From a bacterium (GTDB lineage: Bacteria > Fidelibacterota > Fidelibacteria > Fidelibacterales > Fidelibacteraceae), in the NCBI GenBank assembly GCA_963676395.1, contig OY781066.1, positions 2,080,001-2,144,000 on the forward strand: 64,000 nucleotides of DNA, written 5' to 3'. Positions 19,751 through 32,394 of this stretch are shown one piece after another. The translations under genes and the position numbers were made by a program. The notes below the pieces were generated by a model. That model was not told where the DNA came from. It saw only the letters and a list, made by a program, of their open reading frames with translations, and did not search any database. How positions within the stretch are numbered: position 1 is the stretch's first letter; every line of letters begins with the position of its first letter.

Positions 19751-21901
19751 CTATTTTATTACAAGAAATCTGCCGGTTTTTATGTAACCGTTAGATTCAT
19801 TTTCGACTGCGAAAATATACATACCTGTTGCAAGCGCTTGATCGTGGTCCGTAATAAGATCCCAAGCATGTTCTCCGCCGGCATATGCGGTGTTAGAACT
19901 TAGGCCTTCTTGTAAGCGGCGGGTTTCACTTCCGGTATAGGTAGCTGCATCATGTTCAATGGTTTTCACCAATTCACCGGATATAGTAAAAACTCTGATC
20001 GTCGCTTTTGCCGGTAGACCGGTAAACCAGATCATTCTGTCACGTACACCTGAGCCATCCCATAATGCATTAACGCGGTAAGGGTTAGGATATACACCAA
20101 CTTCCGTTTCTTCGTCTTCAATGGATTGTTGACCGGTGATAACGGTGATCTTATTCTCTAATTGAGACGATTCAAGAGATTCAAGTCCGGTTCGAGCGTC
20201 ACCTCGATCAAATGAAGTGACCGCAAAGATATTTTTATCGGGCCAGCCGTTTAAAAGATTGGCATTTTCGAATTTGTAATAAAAGGTGTCTTGTCCAAAG
20301 ATCTCGTAAGATGGATTTCCTAATTCATCTTTAATACGGATATAGTCGAAACCCGTATTGTATCCAAGTTCATTCTTCAAGTCAAAGGTGGCAAGAAGTG
20401 TCCATTCGGCTGCTAACTGAGATGTTTTACGACGAGCGTAAACTTTGTAGCCTTCAAAATCTTTTTCACGAGAAATAGGATCTTCGGCAAATTCCGGGAT
20501 ATTGTTCCAATATAGTGTGACTTTACCTTTTTCGGGGACAACATGCAGTTTGGGTGAGGGAGGAGGTGCAGGAAGGACGAAACGATTTAATATGCCATCA
20601 CCATTCTGATCTTCATTGATCTCTGGATCCAAACGGCCATTTCCATTAACATCTTCGCCGTTAAATGCTTTTTGTGCCCAGTCTGCATTTACACGTAGAA
20701 GTGAACGACGAGCGGGAGTGTCATCGGGACCTTCGTTGGCCCATTGACCGCAAACGATGGCAAAAGCGACATCAATAGCTTGTCCGGGCTGAATTTCCCA
20801 TGAGGAGCTATCCGGAGTGGCAGGCTGAGTTCCAAAAGGCCCGGCCGAAACCAGGATCATCCATGAGGCAGGTTTTGATGGATAACCGGCATCTGTATAG
20901 TCCGATTCTCCGGGATGTTTGGGGACTGAATGACTTAACTTGTCATAACGTTCTTCATCGGTTAATGGCATAAAGTATTCTGGATAATCCATATCTAATG
21001 AGGTATTCCATTTCCATTGATCGTAATGTGTATCCCAATAGGCACGCGGTACCGTTTCGGTACCGAGAAAAGTAAATCCCACATAGGATTGGGCGTATCC
21101 GTTATCACCATCTTGATCAAACTGGTAAGCGATATCTCTTTCCAATCCTTCAAACGAATCATCGGGAATTGGATCAAAGATGGATTCATCATATCCATTT
21201 TGATTATCATACCAGCTCCAACCGCCACCGGGTTCATATATACTGGTATAATTCATATTACCTACGGCGGCATCTGCCCAAATACCTACGTAGGCATCAT
21301 TGATGATATCAGAACCGATATTGGTAATGTGATAGTTAAGGATCACAAAAGCATCCGTAAACGAGAAGTTCCAAGTATAAGTAGTAACATCAACCTGAAT
21401 ATTTAGAGGTTGGTGATCGACCACTTCACCTTGATCATGGAATGTTGCTTTGAAATCCTGATGCGATATGGCGTAAGGTGAGTAAACCTTTGAAGTTGGT
21501 ATAGATGAACGCTCAAAAATAGAGTCACCGTTATCGGTGAATTCAAATCCGGCTGAACCGTAATCAAAAACACCATCTACAACACCGGTACTTACGCGTT
21601 TTTCCCCATTGATCTTGCCGCCGACCCATAGACCGCCGTAAGACATATGTTCAACTTGTTCCTTCAAGTTGTCGGGATATTGTTTATACATACAAGAAGG
21701 CTGGTTAGGGTTGTTGTAACCCTCACCGATCACACCAAAGTTCGTAATTGTTAAACCGAGTTGTCCTACTGTAGTATAATGTACATAATCCGCCACTGAT
21801 GCGGAAGCTTTGGCCAAAGGCGCCGGATAGCGATCATTGGCAAAGGATTGACCTGCTAATATTAACAGAACAAATAGAAGAATTGGGAGCTGTTTTTTCA
21901 C
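19751..21901 (-). CDS. Secreted protein with an Fn3-like domain and a PNPY-type C-terminal sorting domain (GTG start)
   Basis: Signal peptide; PPPSPKL.V.P...KVTLYW, DFEGYKVY; C-terminal VYPNPY...FTGLP..ATIRVFTISGELV...WDL...ATGMY...GRFLVIK. Confidence 0.8.
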   Translation of the reverse strand: MKKQLPILLFVLLILAGQSFANDRYPAPLAKASASVADYVHYTTVGQLGLTITNFGVIGEGYNNPNQPSCMYKQYPDNLKEQVEHMSYGGLWVGGKINGEKRVSTGVVDGVFDYGSAGFEFTDNGDSIFERSSIPTSKVYSPYAISHQDFKATFHDQGEVVDHQPLNIQVDVTTYTWNFSFTDAFVILNYHITNIGSDIINDAYVGIWADAAVGNMNYTSIYEPGGGWSWYDNQNGYDESIFDPIPDDSFEGLERDIAYQFDQDGDNGYAQSYVGFTFLGTETVPRAYWDTHYDQWKWNTSLDMDYPEYFMPLTDEERYDKLSHSVPKHPGESDYTDAGYPSKPASWMILVSAGPFGTQPATPDSSSWEIQPGQAIDVAFAIVCGQWANEGPDDTPARRSLLRVNADWAQKAFNGEDVNGNGRLDPEINEDQNGDGILNRFVLPAPPPSPKLHVVPEKGKVTLYWNNIPEFAEDPISREKDFEGYKVYARRKTSQLAAEWTLLATFDLKNELGYNTGFDYIRIKDELGNPSYEIFGQDTFYYKFENANLLNGWPDKNIFAVTSFDRGDARTGLESLESSQLENKITVITGQQSIEDEETEVGVYPNPYRVNALWDGSGVRDRMIWFTGLPAKATIRVFTISGELVKTIEHDAATYTGSETRRLQEGLSSNTAYAGGEHAWDLITDHDQALATGMYIFAVENESNGYIKTGRFLVIK

Positions 21902-21925
21902 TATAATCCTCTGTTTCCAAGTGCT

Positions 21926-21954
21926 AAGATAAGGGCATTATATAGCAATGTCAA
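21926..21954 (-). promoter_or_regulatory. Putative sigma70 promoter of cassette 1
   Basis: TTGACA-17 nt-TATCTT on the minus strand, about 25 nt before the GTG start. Confidence 0.55.
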
Positions 21955-22522
21955 AAAATAAAAAATATTTTTCATTGTCAATATCTTGTGTATTACTCTG
22001 TTGATGTACACAATATATGTAGTTTTTTGCTTTGGGATTTATCATTGAATCATTCAAGTTAAAGATTAAAAGTCGTTATATACTATTTATTGGCAATAAG
22101 TAAATGGAGAAATGCCTGAAATACCGAAGAAGTGAAGTTATAAGCAAATGAAATTAAAAACCCGCATTTGTAATTATTTACCTGTTTTTGCTTTACTTAA
22201 ATTTATTTATTGAGATAAGTGCTTATACGTTCTTCTACATTTATGTGTAGATTTTATATCATATAGAGTCATCGTATCAATGCTAGACTTCTTCGGGGAA
22301 AGCCCTGATATCAGGCGTATCACTTGTTCGTCCGTTTTTAGGCATATTAACTCTGGTGATAAATACATTTATATAAGGCGTAAATACGCTGGGTTGGGTC
22401 GGAAATATTCCACTTACTGAAGCTATTTCTATAGATCAGATATATTCATGGTAGTGTAGCTATCATTGCTGATAGTGGAGAATATTTAAAAAAACATCGG
22501 CAAATGAATTGATCATAAATAT

Positions 22523-22550
22523 TTGACAGATTATTTAAAATAAGGATAAT
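22523..22550 (+). promoter_or_regulatory. Putative sigma70 promoter upstream of purB
   Basis: TTGACA-16 nt-GATAAT. Confidence 0.35.
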
Positions 22551-22745
22551 ATGTTTAAGGTTTTAAGTATAATAAGTATCAGTCGTGTTCTAAACCTATA
22601 TAAAATTGGTTGCTCATTATTTATAATTAATAATTCAATATTCACTATTCATAATTGCCTTAGGAGAATTGTTGCATTATATTTCAGCGTGGATGGTGAA
22701 TCGCTCGATTTGCCGGGTAAAAGGGTAAAAAGTAAAGGATCAGAG

Positions 22746-24104
22746 ATGTTAAAAGCAATTTCTCCTCTCGATGGCCGTTATTTAAAGCGAGTCGAGGTGC
22801 TCGGTGATTATTTCTCAGAATTTGCATTGATGGGCTCACGCGTATGGGTTGAGTGTCAATTTTTGCTGGCTTTAGATAAAACAGGACTTTTTGATCCTCT
22901 CAGTTCGCGTGAGATTAAGAAGATCCAAAAGCAACTTGAATTATTTACCGAAAAAGATTATTTGGCAATTAAAGAAATTGAAAAGACCTTAAATCATGAT
23001 GTAAAGTCTTGTGAGGTTTTTTTAATTAATACCCTTGGATTAAAACATCCTAATATGATCCATTTTGGGTTAACATCCGAAGATGTTAATAATCTTTCTC
23101 ATACATTATTATTAAAAAGGTACCGCGATGAAGTCCAGCTTCCCGCCTTATCGGATTTTTTAGGCTTTCTTGCCGGAAAAATTAAGGAATGGAAAAGCAT
23201 TCCTATGCCGGCTAGAACGCATGGCCAAATGGCTTCACCAACCACGGTCGGAAAAGAATTTGCCGTGTTTGCATCTCGTATACTGCGTCAGTATTCAGCA
23301 CTGAAAAATTTCACCTTTAGAGGTAAGTTAAACGGTGCTACAGGTAATTATTCTGCCTTTACATCTGCCTCTAAAGATGTTGATTGGATAAAGTTTTCAA
23401 AGGATTTTATTGCCGGGATCGGCTTAGATATTAATCCTGTGACAACCCAGATCGAAGATCATGATAATTGGGCGGAATATTTTTTCCTGACAAAAATGAT
23501 CAATACCATCTTGATTGATATGAATGAAGATATGTGGGTTTATCTGATGTTGGGATATTTAAAGCAAGAAGCAAAAACCGGAGAAGTAGGCTCTTCGACC
23601 ATGCCTCATAAGGTTAATCCAATAAATTTTGAGAATTCTGAAGGTAATTTAGGCATCGCCAACTCATTGCTTGAACATTTTACAAGCAAACTTAGTCGCT
23701 CACGTTTACAACGTGATCTTTCAGATTCTACCGTAGAAAGAAATTTTGGTGTAGCACTTGGTCATACACATCTTGGTTTGGTTGAAACTATGCGAGGATT
23801 GAAAAAGCTTACCGTGAATGTTGAGTTTTGTGAGAGTGAGTTACATCGTTATCCGGAGTTATTGGCTGAACCTATTCAGACAATCTTACGTCGAGAAAAT
23901 TTTGCTAATCCCTATGATGTAATGAAAAATCTTACGCGAGGAAATGATTTTACAGTCGCAAATTTGAATAAGTTCATTGATACACTTAAAGTTGAAGATA
24001 AAACCCGTATGGAACTCTCACAATTGAGGACATATTCTTATGTTGGCCTGGCGGAGAAAGTCTGCGATGACCTATTGAAAGAGTTGAAGAGTTTAGGGTT
24101 CTAG
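22746..24104 (+). CDS. purB: Adenylosuccinate lyase
   Basis: AISPLDGRY, NHDVK, HFGLTSED, RTHGQ.A.PTT, GSSTMPHKVNPI. Start reset from 22551 to MLKAISP, which has the RBS AAGGA. Confidence 0.96.
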   Translation: MLKAISPLDGRYLKRVEVLGDYFSEFALMGSRVWVECQFLLALDKTGLFDPLSSREIKKIQKQLELFTEKDYLAIKEIEKTLNHDVKSCEVFLINTLGLKHPNMIHFGLTSEDVNNLSHTLLLKRYRDEVQLPALSDFLGFLAGKIKEWKSIPMPARTHGQMASPTTVGKEFAVFASRILRQYSALKNFTFRGKLNGATGNYSAFTSASKDVDWIKFSKDFIAGIGLDINPVTTQIEDHDNWAEYFFLTKMINTILIDMNEDMWVYLMLGYLKQEAKTGEVGSSTMPHKVNPINFENSEGNLGIANSLLEHFTSKLSRSRLQRDLSDSTVERNFGVALGHTHLGLVETMRGLKKLTVNVEFCESELHRYPELLAEPIQTILRRENFANPYDVMKNLTRGNDFTVANLNKFIDTLKVEDKTRMELSQLRTYSYVGLAEKVCDDLLKELKSLGF

Positions 24105-24346
24105 AGCTTCGTTTAGTTTGTCGGATTGATTCATTCTACATTGAGCGGGTGAAAAATCGAACGGTTGGGTAGGTATAGATTGAAACGACTTAAACGCTTA
24201 AGAACATCCGAACAGGAAAAAAGGATATTTGAAGAATTATCATCAATATTTTCTGCGGTGGTATGCTATCGGACCACTTGCATTCGTATTCTCTAGATAG
24301 AAATTAAAAGTGATAGATTATTATTTTAAACGAAAAAGGTTTTGAT

Positions 24347-25606
24347 ATGAATATTGTCGTAATAGGCTCCGGTGGTCGAGAACATGCTCTAGTTTGGAAG
24401 TTGGAACAATCACCTTTGGCAGAAAATGTTTTCGTTTTGCCCGGAAATGGCGGTACTAAAAACAATGTTGATATTGATGCTTCAGATATTGATGCTTTAA
24501 AAGCATTTTGTGAAAAAGAAAATGTATCTCTTATCGTTGTTGGACCTGAGATCCCTCTTGCAGATGGAATTGTGGACGCTTTTAATGATTCGAATGTGTT
24601 AGTTTTTGGTCCGGATAAAGCAGCGGCTCAATTGGAAGGTTCTAAGATCTTTTCAAAGAAATTCATGCAGAAGCATGGTGTTGCTACAGCGGATTTTAGG
24701 ATATTCACAGCAGCAGATGATCCTGTAGGTATGATCAAAGATTATGAAGGCAATGTAGTTATTAAATATGATGGCCTTGCTGCCGGTAAAGGTGTGTATG
24801 TTTGTTCATCTGAAGCTGAAGCTTTCGAAGCGGTAAATGATATCAAGATAAAATATGGTCAGGATGCCGAGTATATCATGGAAACCAAGTTTTATGGTCA
24901 GGAATTGTCGATAATTGGTATTACAGACGGTAATGCTATTTCCTGTTTACTACCTTCACAAGATCATAAAGCTGCTTTTGATGGCGATAAAGGTCCCAAT
25001 ACCGGTGGTATGGGTGCTTATTGTCCGGCTCCTTTGGCGACAGACGAATTACTAATGAAGATAGATGATACAATTATTTTACCCACTTTGAATGGTATTG
25101 AGGCAGAAGGTTTTAATTATAAAGGCGTGATCTACTTTGGTATTATGCTTGATGAAGATGGCGAACCTAAATTACTTGAATATAATGTGCGTTTTGGTGA
25201 TCCCGAAACCGAGGTGATCCTTCCTTCGTTGAAAAGTGATCTGTTAGAACTTATTCTTGCTGTTTTTGATGGTTCTTTGGGGGACATGGAATTGGAATTC
25301 AACGATGGATATTTCGTTGATGTTGTACTTACATCTGGTGGTTACCCCGGAGCCTATGAAAAAGGAAAAGAGATCACAGGTCTTGATAATCTAAGTGCAG
25401 ATACTATATGCTTTCATGCCGGAACGAAAGAAAGAGATGGAAAGTTGCTTACATCCGGTGGACGCGTATTAAATATCGTTTGTAAAGATAGAAGTCTTGA
25501 AAATGCTGTTAATAAATGCTATGAAGAGATATTGAAAGTAGAATTTAAAAACATGGCATATCGTAATGATATTGCCCATAAGGCTTTGAATCAATCATTA
25601 AGATAA
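24347..25606 (+). CDS. purD: Phosphoribosylamine-glycine ligase
   Basis: GSGGREHAL, LEGSK, DGLAAGKGV, GPNTGGMGAY, EYNVRFGDPE. Confidence 0.97.
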   Translation: MNIVVIGSGGREHALVWKLEQSPLAENVFVLPGNGGTKNNVDIDASDIDALKAFCEKENVSLIVVGPEIPLADGIVDAFNDSNVLVFGPDKAAAQLEGSKIFSKKFMQKHGVATADFRIFTAADDPVGMIKDYEGNVVIKYDGLAAGKGVYVCSSEAEAFEAVNDIKIKYGQDAEYIMETKFYGQELSIIGITDGNAISCLLPSQDHKAAFDGDKGPNTGGMGAYCPAPLATDELLMKIDDTIILPTLNGIEAEGFNYKGVIYFGIMLDEDGEPKLLEYNVRFGDPETEVILPSLKSDLLELILAVFDGSLGDMELEFNDGYFVDVVLTSGGYPGAYEKGKEITGLDNLSADTICFHAGTKERDGKLLTSGGRVLNIVCKDRSLENAVNKCYEEILKVEFKNMAYRNDIAHKALNQSLR

Positions 25607-25607
25607 C

Positions 25608-25635
25608 CTAGGGGACGGTCTGGCCCGCTCTGCAT
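25608..25635. repeat. 28-bp REP-like palindrome, strongly degenerate
   Basis: ctaggggacggtctggcccgctctgcat aligns loosely with the 38235 family. Confidence 0.4.
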
Positions 25636-25673
25636 AAAAAATATACCTTGGATTTTAATTCAAGGGAAACAGG

Positions 25674-26411
25674 ATGAACAAAAAAACATCACATCGCGGT
25701 TTAACATCACAATCGGCAGATAGATATATCGATTCATCGATCCCTCGACTTTTTTCTCAACGTTTCAACGTATTTAACTTTAAACGAATTATCCTTCTTG
25801 TTGCAATTCTTGTTTTGTTGACTTCTTGTATAGAGTATCGTGAAGAGCTTTGGCTGGAGCACGATCTATCGGGACGTATTCATTTTGATATTGGCTTACC
25901 CTCGATGACAGGTATTGAAGACGATGATATATCAGAGTTGAGCATTGTCGCTTTGTGCGATACGGTAGAAGGTATCACTGTGACCGATCATAGTACGTAT
26001 TTGATCGATGAGAATACCTGGATACATGTCGAGTTGACTTTTGATAATATTTATTTGTTGAATGAAATAGAAAACGAATGGTTTGGTAAATTTTATATTT
26101 TTGATGAACAAGGCAGTCGAACCTTGAAACGATTTATTACCATGAGCGATACGATAAAGGCCAGTTCCGGTAATTTTGCCAATGTGTTGAAATATGCAAT
26201 GTTAGGTCAGTATTCATGGATCTATACTTTGCATTTTCCCGATGAGTTGTATGAGGTCAACGCTCACCTTGCCAGAACGGATACGACGAGAAATACGGCT
26301 GTCTGGGAGTATAGCCTTGCCTCACTGATAAATGAACAGAAAACGATCATGGGGCGTTACCGGCAACGAAACAGCTTTAATCGATTTATAAACAACATTT
26401 TTAAGCGATAG
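25674..26411 (+). CDS. Hypothetical lipoprotein-like protein
   Basis: Hydrophobic segment and LTSC lipobox at residues 39-52, preceded by an unusually long N-terminal segment. Confidence 0.7.
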   Translation: MNKKTSHRGLTSQSADRYIDSSIPRLFSQRFNVFNFKRIILLVAILVLLTSCIEYREELWLEHDLSGRIHFDIGLPSMTGIEDDDISELSIVALCDTVEGITVTDHSTYLIDENTWIHVELTFDNIYLLNEIENEWFGKFYIFDEQGSRTLKRFITMSDTIKASSGNFANVLKYAMLGQYSWIYTLHFPDELYEVNAHLARTDTTRNTAVWEYSLASLINEQKTIMGRYRQRNSFNRFINNIFKR

Positions 26412-26415
26412 AACT

Positions 26416-26988
26416 ATGAAAAAAAGAATTGCAATCTTCATCTCGGGTCGCGGAAGCAATATGGACGCCATACTGCGTCAGGCACGAGAGGGGATTTTAA
26501 AGCAAGCCTGTGATGTGGTATTGGTTTTTGCAAACAAGCAAAGTGCACAAGGTTTGCAAAGTGCCAAAGCAGCAGGATTTCCGGTTGCTTGTATTCCTTC
26601 AAAAGGTAAAAAACGTGAAGTTTACGATAACGAAGTGATTGCCCTGTTGCAAGAGTATTCTATAGACTATATAATTCTTGCAGGTTATATGCGTTTGCTA
26701 AGCGGGGATTTTATTCAAGCATATAAACAAAGGATCATTAATATTCATCCGGCTGACACACGGGCGTTTCAAGGTGTTGGAGGTTACGAATGGGCTTGGG
26801 AAAATGGTTTAAAGAAAACGGCCGTAACGGTTCATTATGTTGATGAAGGTATGGATACGGGCGATATCATTGAATTACGAGAATTGGATATTAGTGACTG
26901 TAGTAGTCTTGAAGAAGTTGAAAAGAAAGGTTTGGCCTTAGAGCACAAAATGTACTCTGAAGTGTTAAAGAATATATTTGACAAATAA
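26416..26988 (+). CDS. purN: Phosphoribosylglycinamide formyltransferase
   Basis: ISGRGSN, LAGYMRLL, INIHP, TVHYVDEGMDTG. Confidence 0.95.
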   Translation: MKKRIAIFISGRGSNMDAILRQAREGILKQACDVVLVFANKQSAQGLQSAKAAGFPVACIPSKGKKREVYDNEVIALLQEYSIDYIILAGYMRLLSGDFIQAYKQRIINIHPADTRAFQGVGGYEWAWENGLKKTAVTVHYVDEGMDTGDIIELRELDISDCSSLEEVEKKGLALEHKMYSEVLKNIFDK

Positions 26989-27035
26989 TGGTCATTAAAC
27001 AGAGTGTTTATTGACGATAAAGGAGAGAAAAATAC

Positions 27036-28472
27036 ATGTGTGGCATATTGGGAATTTGCGGATTTGAAGATGTTTCGAATGAACTGGTGAACGGTTTGGT
27101 TTCTATTCAGCATCGCGGGCAGGATGCTGCGGGGGTCTTAACTTTGAACGAAGGTCGTTTCCGGATGCATAAGGGTACAGGTCATGTCTCTGAAGTATTC
27201 AAGAATTACGATGTGAAAAAATTAAAGGGTAATGTCGGTTTGGGACATGTGCGTTATGCAACCGTCGGTTCCACCGAAGCGATGGATGCTCAGCCCTATG
27301 CGGTGAATTATCCTTTTGGGATTGCCATGGTGCATAATGGAAACGTGATTAACTTTGTTAAATTACGTAAAGTTTTAAATGATCAGTTTCATCGTATGGT
27401 GGAAACATCCAATGATGTGGAACTGTTGCTTTATACATTTGCCGCTTATTTACAGGAAAAGAATTTATCCAATATTGAGCTGAAAGACCTGTATGAGACG
27501 GTAGAATTTGTTCAACGTACTGTTAAAGGCGCCTATTCATGTATTACTTATATTAAAAGTAAAGGTTTTTTAGCCTTTACAGATCCTTACGGTATTCGTC
27601 CCCTTATGTTAGGCAAGAAAGTTACCGATCGGGGAACTAAGTACATTTTTACATCAGAAACGGCTGTGTTTGATTATCTTGGCTATGATTATGTCCGTGA
27701 TCTTGAAGCCGGTGAAGCGGTGTTTATTGATTTGAACAATAAATTGCATTCCAAAATTCTTGAACGCAAGAGACCTTCATTTTGTGTGTTTGAGTACATT
27801 TATTTTGCCCGTGAAGATTCTGTATTCCGTAATCGTTTGGTAGCAAGTGAACGCGTACGTATGGGCAAAGCACTCAAAGAACGTATTGAGGAAGCTAAAG
27901 TTGATCCGGATATTATTATTGATGTTCCAAATTCAGCGTATTTCTTTGCTTCCGGTCTGGCCGAAGAGATCGAAGCACCTTATCGACGCGGTTTAGCTAA
28001 AAATCGATTCGTAGGTCGTTCATTTATTACGCCTAACGCCGAATTGAGAAAGCGCGTTGTTCGTCAGAAACTTAATCCCATGAAAGATATTGTGCATGGT
28101 CGTAAAGTAGCTGTTGTAGATGATTCGATCGTTCGAGGAACGACATCAAGACATATTATTCATATGCTTAAAGAATGCGGTGCCAAAGAGGTTTACTTTG
28201 TTTCGGCGTCTCCTGCCGTAAAATATCCTTGTATCTACGGCATTGATATGTCAGTCAAGAAAGAGTTGATTGCAGCGAATAATAATGAAGAAGAGATCGC
28301 AGAAAGTCTTGGTTGTGAAAAGGTTATTTACCAAAGTGTAGAAGGATTGCGTGATTTGTATCACGATCTACCGATTTGTGATGCCTGTTTTTCCGGTGAA
28401 TATCCCACCGGTATCACCCAGGAGATTCTGGATCAGATTGAATCGGAAAAATTAAAATCAGATAGAGTATAA
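27036..28472 (+). CDS. purF: Amidophosphoribosyltransferase
   Basis: MCGI, QHRGQD, GHVRY, HNGN, CVFEYIYF, VDDSIVRGTT, CDACF. Confidence 0.97.
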   Translation: MCGILGICGFEDVSNELVNGLVSIQHRGQDAAGVLTLNEGRFRMHKGTGHVSEVFKNYDVKKLKGNVGLGHVRYATVGSTEAMDAQPYAVNYPFGIAMVHNGNVINFVKLRKVLNDQFHRMVETSNDVELLLYTFAAYLQEKNLSNIELKDLYETVEFVQRTVKGAYSCITYIKSKGFLAFTDPYGIRPLMLGKKVTDRGTKYIFTSETAVFDYLGYDYVRDLEAGEAVFIDLNNKLHSKILERKRPSFCVFEYIYFAREDSVFRNRLVASERVRMGKALKERIEEAKVDPDIIIDVPNSAYFFASGLAEEIEAPYRRGLAKNRFVGRSFITPNAELRKRVVRQKLNPMKDIVHGRKVAVVDDSIVRGTTSRHIIHMLKECGAKEVYFVSASPAVKYPCIYGIDMSVKKELIAANNNEEEIAESLGCEKVIYQSVEGLRDLYHDLPICDACFSGEYPTGITQEILDQIESEKLKSDRV

Positions 28473-29972
<1,500 letters not shown>

Positions 29973-30076
29973 ACAGTAGGTAGTGTTAAATGAGTCTTTA
30001 ATGGAATTTTATACTTTAAACTTACATTTGCACTATATAAGTTGATAAGTCTATTAAGCAAAAAAGTCATTTTAAA

Positions 30077-30613
30077 ATGAAAAGAAAAATTTTACTCCAT
30101 ACTTGCTGTGCCGTTTGTGCCAGCGCCTGTATCGAACGTTTGCGTTCGGAGGAGATCGAGCCGGTGATGTTTTTTTCTAATCATAATATTGCTCCCAAAG
30201 AAGAATATGATAAACGTTTGGAAGCAGCCAGGAATTTGGCATCGGAATGGAACGTAGAGCTTGTAGAGGACAGCTATAACCACAATGCTTGGCTAAAAGC
30301 CATTGAAGGTTATGAGAATGAACCCGAAAAAGGATTGCGTTGCGGAAAGTGTTTTGACTACAGCTTGGGACGTGCACATAAATATGCTAAAGAACATGGA
30401 TTGGAAAATTTTACAACGACATTGACCGTGTCACCACATAAGATCTCCAAAATGATCTTTGAGATCGGTGAGAAATACCCCGGGTATGAGCCTTGGGATT
30501 TTAAGAAAAAAGATGGTTTCAGGCGAAGTAATGAAATAAGTAAAGAATTAAAATTGTATCGACAAAAGTATTGCGGTTGCGAATTCTCATTGAGAGATAT
30601 GCGCCCTGAATAA
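30077..30613 (+). CDS. queH: Epoxyqueuosine reductase QueH (DUF208)
   Basis: LLHTCCA.C, EPEKG.RC..CF, TTTL.VSPHK, YRQ.YCGC.FS. Confidence 0.92.
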   Translation: MKRKILLHTCCAVCASACIERLRSEEIEPVMFFSNHNIAPKEEYDKRLEAARNLASEWNVELVEDSYNHNAWLKAIEGYENEPEKGLRCGKCFDYSLGRAHKYAKEHGLENFTTTLTVSPHKISKMIFEIGEKYPGYEPWDFKKKDGFRRSNEISKELKLYRQKYCGCEFSLRDMRPE

Positions 30614-30627
30614 AAGGAAATATATAA

Positions 30628-32172
30628 ATGAACAGTAACAAAATTCTCATTCTTGATTTTGGGTCTCAATATACTCAATTGATCGCACGTCGTATTCGCG
30701 AGGCGAATGTCTATTGTGAGATCCATCCTTATAATGTAGACTTTGATAAGATAGAAGCTTTTGATGCTCAGGGACTTATCTTGTCCGGTGGCCCTTCAAG
30801 CGTATATGATGAAGAAGCACCGCATCCCGATAAGCGGATCTTTGAACTTGAAATTCCTGTATTGGGAATTTGCTATGGATTGCAGCTGTTAAGTCAGCAT
30901 TATCATGGCAAAGTTGCGCGCGCCGAACACCGTGAATATGGTCGTGCTCACCTGAAGATTGATGATAATTCCGATCTGTTCAAAGGTATCTCCAATGAAG
31001 AGGACCTTGTTGTTTGGATGAGTCATGGTGACCGCGTAGATGCTATGCCCGATGGTTTTGGTATTATTGCGCATACCGATAATGCTCCCATTGCTGCGAT
31101 AAAACATGAATCTCGTTCCCTTTTTGCAATTCAATTTCATCCGGAAGTCGCTCACACCGATCGTGGCATGGATATATTAAAGAATTTTGCTGTGGGAATC
31201 TGCGGATGCGAGCAGAATTGGACACCGGAAAATTTTATTGATTCCGAAATAGAAAAAGTTAGAGAGATCGTAGGAGATAAACAGGTAATCTGTGGACTTT
31301 CCGGTGGTGTGGATTCATCGGTCGTTGCTGTTTTGTTACATCGTGCCATTGGTGATCAGCTGACCTGTGTTTTTGTAAATAATGGCCTGCTTCGTTTACA
31401 TGAGGCGGAGGAAGTTCAAAAAACTTTTCGTGATCGTTATAATATGAAATTGGAATATGTTGATGCCGAAGAACAATTTTTAACGGCACTTAAGGGTGTG
31501 ACCGACCCCGAAAAGAAACGCAAGATCATTGGTAATCTCTTTATTGATGTATTTGAAGAGACGGCTAATCGTTTGGGGGATTTTGATTTTCTTGCGCAGG
31601 GAACACTTTATCCTGATGTGATTGAATCCGTATCGTTTAAAGGTCCTTCCGCAACGATTAAATCTCACCATAATGTTGGTGGTTTACCCGAAAAAATGAA
31701 ATTTGATTTGATTGAACCTTTACGTGAACTTTTTAAAGATGAAGTTCGCCGGGTCGGAAAGCAAATGGATATGGATGATGAGTTGATTTGGCGCCATCCT
31801 TTTCCGGGGCCAGGTTTAGGGGTTCGTATCCCCGGTGCCATTACAAAGGAAAAATGTGATATTCTTCGTGAAGCGGATTACATTGCCATGGAAGAGTTAC
31901 ATCTAAATGATCAGTATCATAAAATTTGGCAGGCTTTTTGTGTGCTGCTACCTGTACAATCTGTTGGAGTGATGGGGGATGAACGTTCATATGATTATGC
32001 TGTAGCGTTTAGAGCAGTTACTTCATTGGATGGTATGACAGCCGATTGGGCTCATGTACCTTATGAGGTGTTGGCTAAGATCTCAAATCGGATCATTAAC
32101 GAGGTAAAAGGAATTAATCGCGTTGTTTACGATATATCTTCCAAGCCCCCTGCAACCATTGAATGGGAATAA
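30628..32172 (+). CDS. guaA: GMP synthase (glutamine-hydrolysing)
   Basis: [50 protein letters not shown]. Confidence 0.98.
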   Translation: MNSNKILILDFGSQYTQLIARRIREANVYCEIHPYNVDFDKIEAFDAQGLILSGGPSSVYDEEAPHPDKRIFELEIPVLGICYGLQLLSQHYHGKVARAEHREYGRAHLKIDDNSDLFKGISNEEDLVVWMSHGDRVDAMPDGFGIIAHTDNAPIAAIKHESRSLFAIQFHPEVAHTDRGMDILKNFAVGICGCEQNWTPENFIDSEIEKVREIVGDKQVICGLSGGVDSSVVAVLLHRAIGDQLTCVFVNNGLLRLHEAEEVQKTFRDRYNMKLEYVDAEEQFLTALKGVTDPEKKRKIIGNLFIDVFEETANRLGDFDFLAQGTLYPDVIESVSFKGPSATIKSHHNVGGLPEKMKFDLIEPLRELFKDEVRRVGKQMDMDDELIWRHPFPGPGLGVRIPGAITKEKCDILREADYIAMEELHLNDQYHKIWQAFCVLLPVQSVGVMGDERSYDYAVAFRAVTSLDGMTADWAHVPYEVLAKISNRIINEVKGINRVVYDISSKPPATIEWE

Positions 32173-32394
32173 TTAAGTTTAGATACAAGGGATAAATCCT
32201 GAATTTCATCTAATTTTAATTTTATCTGATGATTGGAATTTGCTTTTTGTCTCTTTATCTTTATATTCTACGGCTTATTTATGTACTCGGGTTGGGAAAA
32301 AGGAACTTGATCTAATACTTAAAGCGAAGTTAAAAGTATTGCACGTTTGGTAGTGCATAAAATATTCTTGTAATAATAAATATGGGAAGCTGAT

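Noticed and set aside
21902..22745. Purine, ZTP or PRPP riboswitch upstream of purB
   Set aside because: Could not find the conserved cores by eye (for example TATAA...TTTCTACC...CCGTAAA, or GACTGGCG...GCCTGGGC). An Infernal/Rfam scan would settle it.
22551..22745. 65-aa N-terminal extension of PurB in the ORF track
   Set aside because: Runs through AT-rich heptamer-repeat DNA; the conserved start and RBS are at 22746.
24105..24346. ncRNA or small gene between purB and purD
   Set aside because: No convincing ORF or stable structure; only weak short repeats.
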